A DNA stretch of 64,000 nt from Candidatus Eiseniibacteriota bacterium (lineage in GTDB: Bacteria > Eisenbacteria > RBG-16-71-46), in NCBI GenBank assembly GCA_963725865.1, contig CAVSAC010000010.1:480001-544000 (forward strand), in the 5' to 3' direction. The position numbers and the translations under genes are program-made. Of this stretch, positions 8,787-18,195 are shown piece after piece. The notes under the pieces are model-generated. The model searched no databases and was not told the DNA's origin. It saw nothing but the letters and a program-made list of their open reading frames with translations. Within the stretch, counting starts at the first letter, position 1; the number at the start of each line of letters is the position of its first letter.

Positions 8787-10822
8787 GCGCCCCGACCGCG
8801 ACCCGTCGCCGCGTCGCCCTGGCCCGCGCGGCATGCGTGCTGGCGCTGGTGTCCTGCGCCGCGGGCCACTCGCGGGCCGCCGACGACGCGGGCACCCGGT
8901 CGGTGTTCGCGACCGGCGCCGGCAACCGCGCCCTCGCGCTCGGATCCGCGTTCTGCGCGCTGGCCGACGACGCCTCGGCGCTGCTCTGGAACCCGGGCGG
9001 ACTCGGCGGCGTGGAGCGCGCGGAGTTCCAGGTCGGCGAGGCGAGCCTCAACGACCTCGGCTTCCGCGAGACGTTCGTGGGCTACGTCCATCCCGACTGG
9101 CGCTGGGGCACCGCCGCACTCGCGGTGCGGCACTACGGCGTGGACGGGATCGACGGCCGCGACGCGCGCAACCTGCCGACCGGCGAGTTCGGGGACCGCG
9201 AGACCGAGTTGGCGCTCGGCTACGGCCGGGCGCTGGGCGAGGCCTTCCGCGTCGGCCTCGCGGGGCGCGTGCGGCGACAGGATCTGGCGGGCCGCTCCGG
9301 CATGGGCGTGGGGGCCGATGCCGGGGTCGAGTTCCGGCCCGGCGCGGTGTTCGACTCCGAGGCGGGCTGGATGCGCGACCTGCAGGTGGGCGTGGCGCTG
9401 CAGAACCTGATCGAGCCCTCGATCCGGCTGGACCGCGCGAGCGTGCCCGATCCCCTCACGCTGCGCGCCGGGCTGTCGATCGCGCGTCCGCTCGCGCTGG
9501 GCGGCGTGATCGCGAGCGTCGAGCTCGAGCAGGTGCGCGACGTGGGCGCGCGCGCCCACGCCGGGATCGAGTGGAACGCGCATCCGCTGCTGTCGCTGCG
9601 CAGCGGCCTGGACGACGGCGTGCTGACCGCAGGCTTGGGCATTCGACTCGGCTCGAGCGCGTTCGAGTACGCGTTCGCCGATCCCGCCACCGGTCCCACC
9701 CATCGCGCCGGACTGACATGGCGCTTCGGCCGCTCGGTGACCGACGCGCGGCAGTTCGCGGAGCGTGCCGAGGAGGAGCGCGTGCAGCAGCGGCTGGTGG
9801 CGCTCGAGCGCGAGCGCGAGCGCGATCGCGTCGCGAACCTGATGGCCGGCGCCGAGGCGGCGCGCGCCGCCGGGCGCTCGGAGGAGGCGCTCGAGGCGCT
9901 CGCCACGCTGCTCGCGATCGATTCGACGTTCGCGCCGGCGCGCGCGCTGCGGGTGGCGAGTCTGGGCGACCGCGCGCGCGCGCTCGAGTCCGCGGGCGAC
10001 TGGGCCGAGGCGTCGGTGGCGTGGGCGCGCGCGCTCGGCGAGGCCCCCGGGGACACCACCGCCGCCGCGGGTCTCGCCCGCACCCGCGCCGAGAGCGATC
10101 TGCGAGCCGTGCGCTCGGCGGAGATCCGCAAGGCCTTCGCCGCCGCGCTGGACGCGTTCGCGGCCGACGACCTGGCGGGCGCGCGCGCGGGCCTCGCCCG
10201 CATCCTCGCGCAGAACCCGGGCGACGGCGAGGTGCAGGCGATGCTGAGGCGCGTGGAGGCGGCGATCGGACGGCGGACCGAGGCGTGGCTGCGGCAGGCG
10301 GACGCCCTGCGGCAGGCCGGCTCGCTCGACGAGGCCGCCGCCCTGATCGAGCGCGCGCGCAGCCTCGACCCGCGCACGCCCGGACTCGCGGCGGCGACCG
10401 GCGCGCTCGCGCGCGCCGCGGCGCCGGGCACTCCGCCGCGCGCGAGCGCGCCGGCCCGGACCGCGCGGCCCGCGGCACCGGCCGCCCCGGCGGTCCTCTC
10501 GCACGAATCGGAGCGCCAGGTCGCGGAACTCTATCGGCGCGGCCTCGACGCCCTCCAGCACGGCCAGTCGGACGACGCGCTGCGCGCGCTCGAGCAGGTG
10601 CGCGCGCTGCGCCCGGGCTACGCGCGCGTGGACGAGGTGCTCAAGCGCGAGTACCTGACGCGCGGCATGGAGCTGTTCTCGACCGGGCGCCTGGACGCCG
10701 CGGTGCGGATGTGGGAGAGCGCGCTCCGGGTGGATCCGCACGATCCGCGCGCGCTCGGGTACCTGGCGCGCGCGCACGAGCAGCTGGCGCGCTCGCGCGA
10801 GATCTCGCAGGACGAGCCATGA
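8783..10822 (+). CDS. PorV/PorQ (UPF0164)-like outer-membrane barrel fused to a C-terminal coiled-coil/TPR region
   Basis: GTGA overlap; signal peptide; GAGNRALALGSAF.ALADDASALLWNPGGL is the PorV/FadL-like N-terminal signature; barrel ends THRAGLTWRFG, followed by helical TPR-like repeats. Confidence 0.8.
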   Translation: MSAPTATRRRVALARAACVLALVSCAAGHSRAADDAGTRSVFATGAGNRALALGSAFCALADDASALLWNPGGLGGVERAEFQVGEASLNDLGFRETFVGYVHPDWRWGTAALAVRHYGVDGIDGRDARNLPTGEFGDRETELALGYGRALGEAFRVGLAGRVRRQDLAGRSGMGVGADAGVEFRPGAVFDSEAGWMRDLQVGVALQNLIEPSIRLDRASVPDPLTLRAGLSIARPLALGGVIASVELEQVRDVGARAHAGIEWNAHPLLSLRSGLDDGVLTAGLGIRLGSSAFEYAFADPATGPTHRAGLTWRFGRSVTDARQFAERAEEERVQQRLVALERERERDRVANLMAGAEAARAAGRSEEALEALATLLAIDSTFAPARALRVASLGDRARALESAGDWAEASVAWARALGEAPGDTTAAAGLARTRAESDLRAVRSAEIRKAFAAALDAFAADDLAGARAGLARILAQNPGDGEVQAMLRRVEAAIGRRTEAWLRQADALRQAGSLDEAAALIERARSLDPRTPGLAAATGALARAAAPGTPPRASAPARTARPAAPAAPAVLSHESERQVAELYRRGLDALQHGQSDDALRALEQVRALRPGYARVDEVLKREYLTRGMELFSTGRLDAAVRMWESALRVDPHDPRALGYLARAHEQLARSREISQDEP

Positions 10823-12882
10823 GCGCCCGCGCCCGCATCAGCATGCGCGTGGTGGTGATCTCGGCGACGGTGGCGATCGTGGCCGCGGCGGTGCTGTGCG
10901 TCGGAGCGGTCGCCGAACGCAACACGCGGCAGGCCCTCACCCGCGAGGCGCAGGCGCGACTGCTGCTGGAGGCCCGCAACCTCGCGCTCACCGGGGCCGG
11001 CGCGCTGCTGAGCGAGCTGCCCGAGCTCACGCTCTGCCCGGTGGTGCGCGAGCTCACCGAGTCGCGGCCCGAGCTGGCGTTCGCGGTGGTGCTCGATCAC
11101 CGCGGCGTGGTCCAGGGCCACCGCGACGCGCGCGCCCTGGGGGGCACGTGGCGCCTGCCCGCAGGGCTCGCGCCGGTCGCCACCACCGCCCGCCTGCGCG
11201 CGGGCGAGGCGCTGCTCGGCGATCCCGACCTGCTGGTGGCCTCGGTGCCCGTGGCCAGCGCCGCCGGGCAGCGGCTGGGCCTCGCGGTGGTCGGCCTGCG
11301 CCGCGCCTACGTCGAGCAGACCGTCGCCGCCGCGCGGCGACAGCAGCTGCTGCTGGTCGCGCTGGTGCTGGCGGCGGGGAGCGTGCTCGCGTTCCTGCTG
11401 CTGACCGCGCTGCTGCGTCCCATCGGGGCGCTGCGCGCGGGCCTCGAGCGCATCGGGCGCGGCGACCTCGATGCCCCGATCGCGCTCCGCAGCGGGACCG
11501 AGCTGGGACTGCTCGCCGACGCGGTCGACGACATGGCGGCCCGCCTCAAGGTCGCGCGGCACGAGATGGTCGAGAAGGAACGGCTGGCGCGCGACGTCGA
11601 GCTGGCGCGTCAGATCCAGGAGCACCTGCTGCCGGCCGGCTCCCGCACGGTCGGCGACTTCACGCTGTGCGGCTCGCACCGCGCCGCGGCCGAGGTCGGC
11701 GGCGACTACTTCGATCTGCTCCCGCTCGCGGACGGACGCTGGGCGGTCGCGATCGCCGATGTCTCCGGCAAGGGGCTGGGCGGCTGCCTGGTGATGTCGA
11801 TGGTGTCCGCGCTGCTGCGGGCGCTGCGCGCCGAGCATCACTCGCCGGCCGCGCTGCTCGCGGCACTCGAGGAGCAGCTCGCTCCCACCCTGACCCCCGG
11901 CACCTTCGTGACGATGTTCTACGGCACCCTCGACCCGGCGAGCGGCACGCTTCAGTACGCCTCGGCCGGCCACTCCCCGCTGCTGGTGTGGCGCGCGGCC
12001 GCGGCCCAGGTCGAGTGGCACCCCACGCGCGGCATCCCGATCGGCGCGGTGCGCGGCGGAGTGCTGCGCGGCACGCTGGAGGATCGCACCGTGACGCTGG
12101 AGCCCGGCGACCTGCTGTTCCAGTTCACCGACGGCGCCAGCGAGGCCACCGACCCGGCCGAGCGGGAGTTCGGCTTCGACGGCATCGAACGCGTCGTGAT
12201 CGAGCACGCCGCCCGCGGTGCCGAGGCGGTGGTCGCGGCACTCGGCGACGCGCTCGCGCGGTGGTCCGGCGGCGGGGCGCCGGCCGACGACCAGACCCTG
12301 CTCGCGGTGGCGCGCGCCGCGCCGCTCGCCGGCGCGATCCCGGCGCGAGCCCCGCTCGCGGCCGCCGACCCGCTCGCGCTGCTCGAGCACGCGCGCGCGC
12401 GCGGCCATCGACTGGAGCTCGCTCCGCGGCTCGCGGCGCTCGAGGCGCTGGGCCCGTGGATCGCCGGCCTCCCCGACGTCGGCGCGCTCGACGCGGACGC
12501 GCGCCTGGTCATCGAGTCGGCGCTCCACGAGCTGTGCGCCAACGTGGTGGAGCACGGATCGGCGCCGGGCGCCGAGGCGCCGCTCGAGCTCTGGTGGCTC
12601 CCGGCCATCGATCCGGCCGGCGGAACCGCCGAGCGCGTGCGGGCCGGGTGCTTCGTGCTCCGCGACCGCGGCTTCCCGTTCCGCCCCGAGCGGCGCCATC
12701 CGTTCGATCCCGCGCACCACGAGGCGTGGCGTCGCGGGCGTGGTCTGGGGCTCGAGCTGATCCACCGCGCGCTGAGCGAAGTGGTCTTCCGGCCGGGGAC
12801 GGCCGCCGGCAATCTCACGCTGCTGGCGTTCGATCCCGGACGCGCCGTTGTCCAACCCGAGGAGCGACGACATGGCGGATGA
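10819..12882 (+). CDS. Membrane sensor: periplasmic domain-HAMP-SpoIIE/PP2C phosphatase-RsbW-like kinase fusion
   Basis: Two TM segments; HAMP (RPIGAL...GDLD...ELGLLADAVDDM); ARQIQEHLLP, VGGDYFD, IADVSGKG, FTDG, DDQT; C-terminal HELCANVVEHG, DRG.PF, GRGLGLELI. Confidence 0.9.
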   Translation: MSARARISMRVVVISATVAIVAAAVLCVGAVAERNTRQALTREAQARLLLEARNLALTGAGALLSELPELTLCPVVRELTESRPELAFAVVLDHRGVVQGHRDARALGGTWRLPAGLAPVATTARLRAGEALLGDPDLLVASVPVASAAGQRLGLAVVGLRRAYVEQTVAAARRQQLLLVALVLAAGSVLAFLLLTALLRPIGALRAGLERIGRGDLDAPIALRSGTELGLLADAVDDMAARLKVARHEMVEKERLARDVELARQIQEHLLPAGSRTVGDFTLCGSHRAAAEVGGDYFDLLPLADGRWAVAIADVSGKGLGGCLVMSMVSALLRALRAEHHSPAALLAALEEQLAPTLTPGTFVTMFYGTLDPASGTLQYASAGHSPLLVWRAAAAQVEWHPTRGIPIGAVRGGVLRGTLEDRTVTLEPGDLLFQFTDGASEATDPAEREFGFDGIERVVIEHAARGAEAVVAALGDALARWSGGGAPADDQTLLAVARAAPLAGAIPARAPLAAADPLALLEHARARGHRLELAPRLAALEALGPWIAGLPDVGALDADARLVIESALHELCANVVEHGSAPGAEAPLELWWLPAIDPAGGTAERVRAGCFVLRDRGFPFRPERRHPFDPAHHEAWRRGRGLGLELIHRALSEVVFRPGTAAGNLTLLAFDPGRAVVQPEERRHGG

Positions 12883-13222
12883 CTTCGAGATCGAGATCGA
12901 TCGCAGCCACCCACCGGCCACCGTGGTGCGCGTGCGCGGCCGCGTCGATGGCCGCACCGCCCCGCGCCTGCTGCGCGAGAGCCTGGCGGCTCGCCGCGCG
13001 GGTGCGCTGCTGCTGCTGAACCTCGCCGAGGTGCGTTTCATCTCCTCGGCCGGAGTCGGCGCGCTCATGGTGCTGGCCGAGACGCTCGGCAAGGAAGGTG
13101 GCGGACTGCGGCTGGCTCCGGTGTCGGGCGCGGTGCGGACCGTGCTCGGCCTGCTCAACCTGGACCAGTTCCTCAGGATCGGCGAGACCGAGGACGAAGC
13201 GCTCGGCCGGCTGGGCAGCTGA
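12872..13222 (+). CDS. STAS-domain anti-sigma-factor antagonist (RsbV/SpoIIAA-like)
   Basis: GRVDG.TAP.L, LNLAEVRFISSAGVGAL (phosphoacceptor Ser), VRTVLGLLNL; GGAG SD. Confidence 0.92.
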   Translation: MADDFEIEIDRSHPPATVVRVRGRVDGRTAPRLLRESLAARRAGALLLLNLAEVRFISSAGVGALMVLAETLGKEGGGLRLAPVSGAVRTVLGLLNLDQFLRIGETEDEALGRLGS

Positions 13223-13223
13223 C

Positions 13224-14555
13224 ATGGGCGAGCCCGCACGCGATCGCACTCCAGGCCGCGGCCGGCGCCCGCGGCCGCCGCGGCTGACGCCGCTCCCGCC
13301 GGGACCGCGCGAGTTGCCGGACGCGCGGCTGGCGGAGCGGCGCGAGAACTCGCTGATGGCACTGTTCGAGCTGAGTCACGAACTCGATCTGTCGCGCGAC
13401 CCGTTCGCGATGGGCGAGCTCGCGCTCCTCAATCTGCTGGGACACTTCGGGACGCCGCGCGCCGCGGTGTGGGGCTTCCCCGCGGACGATCCCGACGCGG
13501 CCGTGCCGCTGGCGGCCTTCGGGCTGCCGGAGGGCGAGGCGGCCGCACTCGGACCGCGGCTGCGGCAGGCGCCCGAGCCGGCGGGCGCGGCCGACGGCGA
13601 ACCGAAGGAGCTCGAGCTGCCGGCCGCGGCGCGACAGGCGGGATTCGCGGCAGTGGTGCCGATCCTCGCGCGCGATCGGCGCATCGGCGTGCTGGCGCTC
13701 GGCGCGCGGGTGGGCGGCGAGCCCTACCGGAGCCTCGACCTCGACCACCTGCGGACCGCGGCGCGCATGCTGGGCGCGGCGCTCGAGAACGCCCGCCTCC
13801 AGCAGCACACCGCCGAAGTCAACCGCCGGCTGCGCCGCGCGAACGAGGAGCTCACCCAGGCCGACCACCTCAAGGCGCAGTTCGTCCAGAACGTGAACCA
13901 CGAGATGCGCACGCCACTCGCGGTGCTGCAGGGCTACCTCGAGATCCTGGCGGACGCCGAGGGCGCGAGCGAGCTCCAGATGCGCGCGTGCGAGGCGATG
14001 CTGGTGCAGATCGAGCGGCTGACGCGCATGGTGCGGGACCTGCTCGAATACTCCGCGCTCTCCGACGGGGCCGGACGCGCGACGCTCGAACCGGTGGCTT
14101 TGCCGGCCGCGCTCGAGCGCTACGCCGCCGAGCGCCGCCCCGGCGTGCTCGCGGGGCTGCGCACGCTCGAGACGCGGATCGAGGAACCCCTGCCGGCCGC
14201 GCTGGCCGATCCCCGCCGTCTCGAGCGCACGCTCGACGCGCTGGTCGACAACGCGATGCGCTTCACCCCGCCCGGCACCCGGATCGTGATCCGCGCCGCC
14301 GTGCTCCAGCGCGCGGACGAGCGCTGGCTGGGGATCGAGGTCGTGGACGACGGTCCGGGGATCGAGCCGGACCGTCTCGAGCGGCTGTTCGACGCGTTCC
14401 GCCAGGGGGACGGCTCGAGCACCCGCACCGTCGGTGGCCTCGGCCTCGGGCTCGCGCTGGCGCGCGAGCAGGCGGCCAGCATGGAAGGCGGGCTGGAGGC
14501 CGAGAGCACGCCCGGTCGGGGGGCCACGTTCCGACTGCTGCTGCGGCCGGCGTGA
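13224..14555 (+). CDS. Cytoplasmic GAF-like sensor histidine kinase
   Basis: GAF-like input; H-box NHEMRTPL, N-box LVDNAMRFT, DDGPGI, GGLGLGL; no clear TM. Confidence 0.9.
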   Translation: MGEPARDRTPGRGRRPRPPRLTPLPPGPRELPDARLAERRENSLMALFELSHELDLSRDPFAMGELALLNLLGHFGTPRAAVWGFPADDPDAAVPLAAFGLPEGEAAALGPRLRQAPEPAGAADGEPKELELPAAARQAGFAAVVPILARDRRIGVLALGARVGGEPYRSLDLDHLRTAARMLGAALENARLQQHTAEVNRRLRRANEELTQADHLKAQFVQNVNHEMRTPLAVLQGYLEILADAEGASELQMRACEAMLVQIERLTRMVRDLLEYSALSDGAGRATLEPVALPAALERYAAERRPGVLAGLRTLETRIEEPLPAALADPRRLERTLDALVDNAMRFTPPGTRIVIRAAVLQRADERWLGIEVVDDGPGIEPDRLERLFDAFRQGDGSSTRTVGGLGLGLALAREQAASMEGGLEAESTPGRGATFRLLLRPA

Positions 14556-14585
14556 TCCGCGGGCGCGCGTGGTACCGCGCGCCGC

Positions 14586-15947
14586 TCAGCGCGACTCGCC
14601 GCCGGCCTCGCCGCCCGCGGTGCCTTCTTGCGCGCGCTTCGCCAGCAGGGCCTCCCACGCCCGCATGCGGCGCGCGATCTCGGCCTCGTGCCCGTGAGTC
14701 GTCGGCTCGTAGAAGCGCCGGCCCACCAGCTCGTCCGGCAGGTGCTGCTGGTCGGCGATGCCGCCGGCCTCGTCGTGCGCGTAGCGGTAGCCGGCGCCGT
14801 AGCCGAGCTCCTTCATCAGGCGCGTGGGCGCGTTGCGGATCACCAGCGGCGGCGCCAGCGAGCCGCTCTCCTCGACCTCGGCCTGCGCCTTGCCCAGGCC
14901 CAGGTACACGGCGTTGCTCTTGGCCGCGGTCGCCAGGTAGGCGCAGCATTGGGCGATCGCCAGCTCGCCCTCGGGGGTGCCGAGCTGGTGATAGGCCTGG
15001 AACGCGGCCACCGCGATCACCAGCGCCTGGGGGTCGGCGTTGCCCACGTCCTCGCTCGCGAAGCGCACCAGCCGGCGCGCGACGTACAGCGGATCCTCGC
15101 CGGCGGCGAACATGCGCGCCAGCCAGTAGAGCCCGGCGTGCGGGTCGGAGTCGCGCAGCGACTTGTGGAGCGCCGAGATCAGGTTGTAGTGCTCCTCGCC
15201 CGCGCGGTCGTAACGCAGGTGGCGGCGCGCGAGCGCCTGGCGCGCGCTGTCGAGCGTGATGCGCCCCTGCACCGCCGCGGCCGCCGCCAGCTCGAGCGCC
15301 CCGAGCGCGCGCCGCGCGTCGCCGTCGCCGGCGTTCGCCAGCAGGTCGAGCGCCTCGGGATCGGCGGTGAGCGAGCCGCCGATGCCGCGCTCGGGGTCGG
15401 CGAGCGCGCGCTCCAGCAGCGTGCGCAGGTCGGCGGGCGCGAGATCCTTCAGCACCACCACGCGGGCGCGCGAGAGCAGCGCCGCATTCACCTCGAAGGA
15501 GGGGTTCTCGGTGGTGGCGCCGATCAGCACGATGTCGCCCTTCTCGACGTGCGAGAGGAACGCGTCCTGCTGAGCCTTGTTGAAGCGGTGGATCTCGTCC
15601 ACGAACAGCAGCGTCGGCCGGCCCGAGCGGCGGCGCTCGAGCACCGCGCGCTCCATGGTCTCGCGCACCTCCTTCACGCCCGAGAGCACGGCGCTGAACT
15701 GCACGAACCGCACGCCGGCGGTCTGCGCGAGCAGGCGCGCGATGGTGGTCTTGCCGGTGCCCGGCGGACCCCACAGCACGACGGAGGCGAGGTGCTTGCC
15801 GTCGCGCATGAGCGCGAGCGGCGAGCCCGGCGCGAACAGGTGCTCCTGCCCGACCAGCTCGTCGAACGTCCGCGGGCGCATGCGGTCGGCGAGCGGGCTG
15901 CGGCTCGCGGACTCAGGCGCTACACCGCCGAACAGGTCCTCGCTCAT
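14586..15947 (-). CDS. rarA: Replication-associated recombination protein A (MgsA/RarA AAA+ ATPase)
   Basis: [58 protein letters not shown]. Confidence 0.96.
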   Translation of the reverse strand: MSEDLFGGVAPESASRSPLADRMRPRTFDELVGQEHLFAPGSPLALMRDGKHLASVVLWGPPGTGKTTIARLLAQTAGVRFVQFSAVLSGVKEVRETMERAVLERRRSGRPTLLFVDEIHRFNKAQQDAFLSHVEKGDIVLIGATTENPSFEVNAALLSRARVVVLKDLAPADLRTLLERALADPERGIGGSLTADPEALDLLANAGDGDARRALGALELAAAAAVQGRITLDSARQALARRHLRYDRAGEEHYNLISALHKSLRDSDPHAGLYWLARMFAAGEDPLYVARRLVRFASEDVGNADPQALVIAVAAFQAYHQLGTPEGELAIAQCCAYLATAAKSNAVYLGLGKAQAEVEESGSLAPPLVIRNAPTRLMKELGYGAGYRYAHDEAGGIADQQHLPDELVGRRFYEPTTHGHEAEIARRMRAWEALLAKRAQEGTAGGEAGGESR

Positions 15948-16801
15948 GACGCATCCGGCTCCCGCCGCGCGGCGAGGCCGCGCGCGAGTGTCTCGGCCGC
16001 CTCGTCGACCGAGGTCGGGCGGCCGAGCCTCAGGCCCTTCTCCTCGAGGCGCTGGAACAGCTCGGCCAGCACCGGCGGCTCGATGTTGCTGCGACGCAGC
16101 ATGCCGGGATCGCGGAAGATGGTGGCGGGCGGCCCCTGCGCCACGATCTCGCCACCGCGCAGCAGCACGTAGACCTGGTCCGCCATCGCGGGGACCACGT
16201 TCACGTCGTGGGTCGCGATCACCAGCGAGACGCCGTGGTCGCGGTGCAGGCGGTTGAGCAGCTCGACCAGGTCGCTGCGCGACGCCGGATCGAGCCCTTC
16301 GAACGGCTCGTCGAGCACCAGCAGCTCGGGCTGCAACACCAGCGCGCCGGCGAGCGCCACCTTGCGCTTCTCGCCGCCCGAGAGGTGATGGCAGACCTTG
16401 TGACGCAGGTGCGCGATGCCCACCATCCCGAGCGCCTCCTCGACCAGCCGCTCCACCTCGGCATCGGGGTAGCCGTACGAGCGCGGCGAGAACGACACGT
16501 CGTCCCACACCGTCGGCGCCAGGATCTGCTCCTCGACGTTCTGCAGCAGCACGCCGATGCGCTCGCGGATGCGGTTGAAGTGGCGCGCGGGGCTGACCCC
16601 GAACACCGACACCTCGCCCTCGGCCGGCTCCAGCAGGCCCAGGATGTGGTAGAGCAGCGTGGTCTTGCCGCAGCCGTTCGGCCCCAGGATCACCACGCGC
16701 TCGGACGGCGCGACCACGAAGTCGAGCCCGCACAGGTGGACCTCGGTGCGGTCGGGGTACACGTGGCGCACGCACGAGACCCGGACGATCGGCTCGCTCA
16801 C
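15944..16801 (-). CDS. cbiO: ECF Co/Ni transporter ATPase (CbiO/NikO-like)
   Basis: GPNGCGKTT, LSGGEK, LDEPFEGLD, IATHD; GTGA overlap. Confidence 0.88.
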   Translation of the reverse strand: MSEPIVRVSCVRHVYPDRTEVHLCGLDFVVAPSERVVILGPNGCGKTTLLYHILGLLEPAEGEVSVFGVSPARHFNRIRERIGVLLQNVEEQILAPTVWDDVSFSPRSYGYPDAEVERLVEEALGMVGIAHLRHKVCHHLSGGEKRKVALAGALVLQPELLVLDEPFEGLDPASRSDLVELLNRLHRDHGVSLVIATHDVNVVPAMADQVYVLLRGGEIVAQGPPATIFRDPGMLRRSNIEPPVLAELFQRLEEKGLRLGRPTSVDEAAETLARGLAARREPDAS

Positions 16802-17517
16802 GGCGTCCTCCACAGCAGAACGGCCGCCGCCGCCGCCGCGACGCCCGCCAGCGCCACGCCGAGGTCGGCGCGCGTCCACTCGGCCCAGTGCCGGCAGCCG
16901 CACATGCGCCCCGAGTGGCCGCGCAGCTGGAGGACCGCGACCAGTCGTTCGCTGCGCTCGAATCCGTACAGCACGAGCGTTCCGAGGCCCTCGCCCGCGA
17001 GCGTGAGCCGGCGCGGTGGCGGCGCGCTCGTCCCGCCGCGCAGCCGCATCGCGCGCCACAGGCGCTCGATCCGCGCCAGCAGCTCGAACAGCGCCCGATA
17101 GGTCAGGAACAGGCCGTCGCCGGCCGCGCGCGGCAGCAATCGCGAGAGCGGGGCGAACAGGTCGGGGTAGGGCGTGGTCCCCACCAGCCACACCGCGGTG
17201 AGGCTCGCGGTGATCGGCCGCGCCAGCAGTCGCAGCGGCGTCGCCCAGGTGCCGTCCCAGGCGGCGAACACGAACACCAGCGAGAACACGATCGGGTATC
17301 CGGCGGCCGCGAGCACCAGCCGCACGGGCAGGCGGCTGGTGGCCGCCAGCGCGAGCGCGCACCCGAACAGCGCACCCACCAGCGCGAGCGACGGCGCCAG
17401 CACCGCGAGCGCGATGAGCCCGGCCGCGAGCAACAGCTTCGACAGCGCGCTCGCGCGGTGCCACAGCGTGCCCCCGGCGCTCGCGTACCAGTCGATGCGC
17501 GAGATGGTGTCGATCAT
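16798..17517 (-). CDS. cbiQ: ECF transporter T component (CbiQ/NikQ-like)
   Basis: LWHRASALSKL, TTPYPDL, TYRALF, AMRLRG and LQLRG arginine motifs; hydrophobic. Confidence 0.82.
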   Translation of the reverse strand: MIDTISRIDWYASAGGTLWHRASALSKLLLAAGLIALAVLAPSLALVGALFGCALALAATSRLPVRLVLAAAGYPIVFSLVFVFAAWDGTWATPLRLLARPITASLTAVWLVGTTPYPDLFAPLSRLLPRAAGDGLFLTYRALFELLARIERLWRAMRLRGGTSAPPPRRLTLAGEGLGTLVLYGFERSERLVAVLQLRGHSGRMCGCRHWAEWTRADLGVALAGVAAAAAAVLLWRTP

Positions 17518-18194
17518 CGCGTTCTCCCCGCAGTCGGCAGCAGATCGGGCCGCACCCGCGCCAGGAATCGTCCGGTCCCGTACGCGACCAGCGTCTCGAT
17601 CGCGATCCCCAGCAGCCACATCGGCAGCGCCACCGCGCCGAGGGCCATCGTACGCCCGGCGTGGAGCGGATGGGCGCCGTGGAGCGGCTCGAACGCGAAC
17701 CCGGGGCGCAGCTGCATCGCGGCCACGATCACCACCACCCACAGCAGCCCGGACACCGCCTGGGCGCCTGCCGTGGCGGCCGCGAGCGCGCCCGGCGCGC
17801 TCATGCGGGCGGCGAAGGCGCGGTACAGCGGGCGCGCGAGCGCGGTGCCGGCCCCCAGCACCAGCGCGTTGAGCCCGATCACGGTGAAGCCGCCGTGCCC
17901 GACGAACGCCAGGATGGTGACCGCGATGAACACCACCTGGTAGCCCCCCGCCGCACCCACCAGCACTCCGAGCGGGCCGATCAGGCTCAGATGGTACTCG
18001 AGCGGCCCGAGCGGGATCTCGATCGCCATCGCCGCCAGCACCAGGGCGCCGAGCGCGCTCTGGTAGCCCAGCCGTCGCCGCGCGTCGCCCTCGCCGCCGC
18101 GCGCGCTGATGGCCAACAGCACGAGCGCGAGCAACAGGGCGGGCACCCACACCATCAGCGGCAGCAGCCCGTCGGGAATGTGCAGGTGGGCCAT
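17514..18194 (-). CDS. cbiM: ECF Co/Ni substrate component (CbiM/NikM-like)
   Basis: N-terminal HIPDG, EYHLSLIG, GHGGFTVIGLN, IETLV. Confidence 0.88.
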   Translation of the reverse strand: MAHLHIPDGLLPLMVWVPALLLALVLLAISARGGEGDARRRLGYQSALGALVLAAMAIEIPLGPLEYHLSLIGPLGVLVGAAGGYQVVFIAVTILAFVGHGGFTVIGLNALVLGAGTALARPLYRAFAARMSAPGALAAATAGAQAVSGLLWVVVIVAAMQLRPGFAFEPLHGAHPLHAGRTMALGAVALPMWLLGIAIETLVAYGTGRFLARVRPDLLPTAGRTR

Positions 18195-18195
18195 G

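Noticed and set aside
4023..8834. 1603-aa minus-strand ORF
   Set aside because: Antisense shadow of the real gene; Arg/Gly/Ala-rich with no motifs. Long open shadow frames are expected at this GC content.
5972..12882. Apparent giant proteins of 1616 aa and 1349 aa in the ORF track
   Set aside because: Their N-terminal parts are off-frame read-through of the upstream gene. Real starts are at the stop/start overlaps 8783 and 10819. The same applies to 32701..37788 and many minus-strand ORFs.
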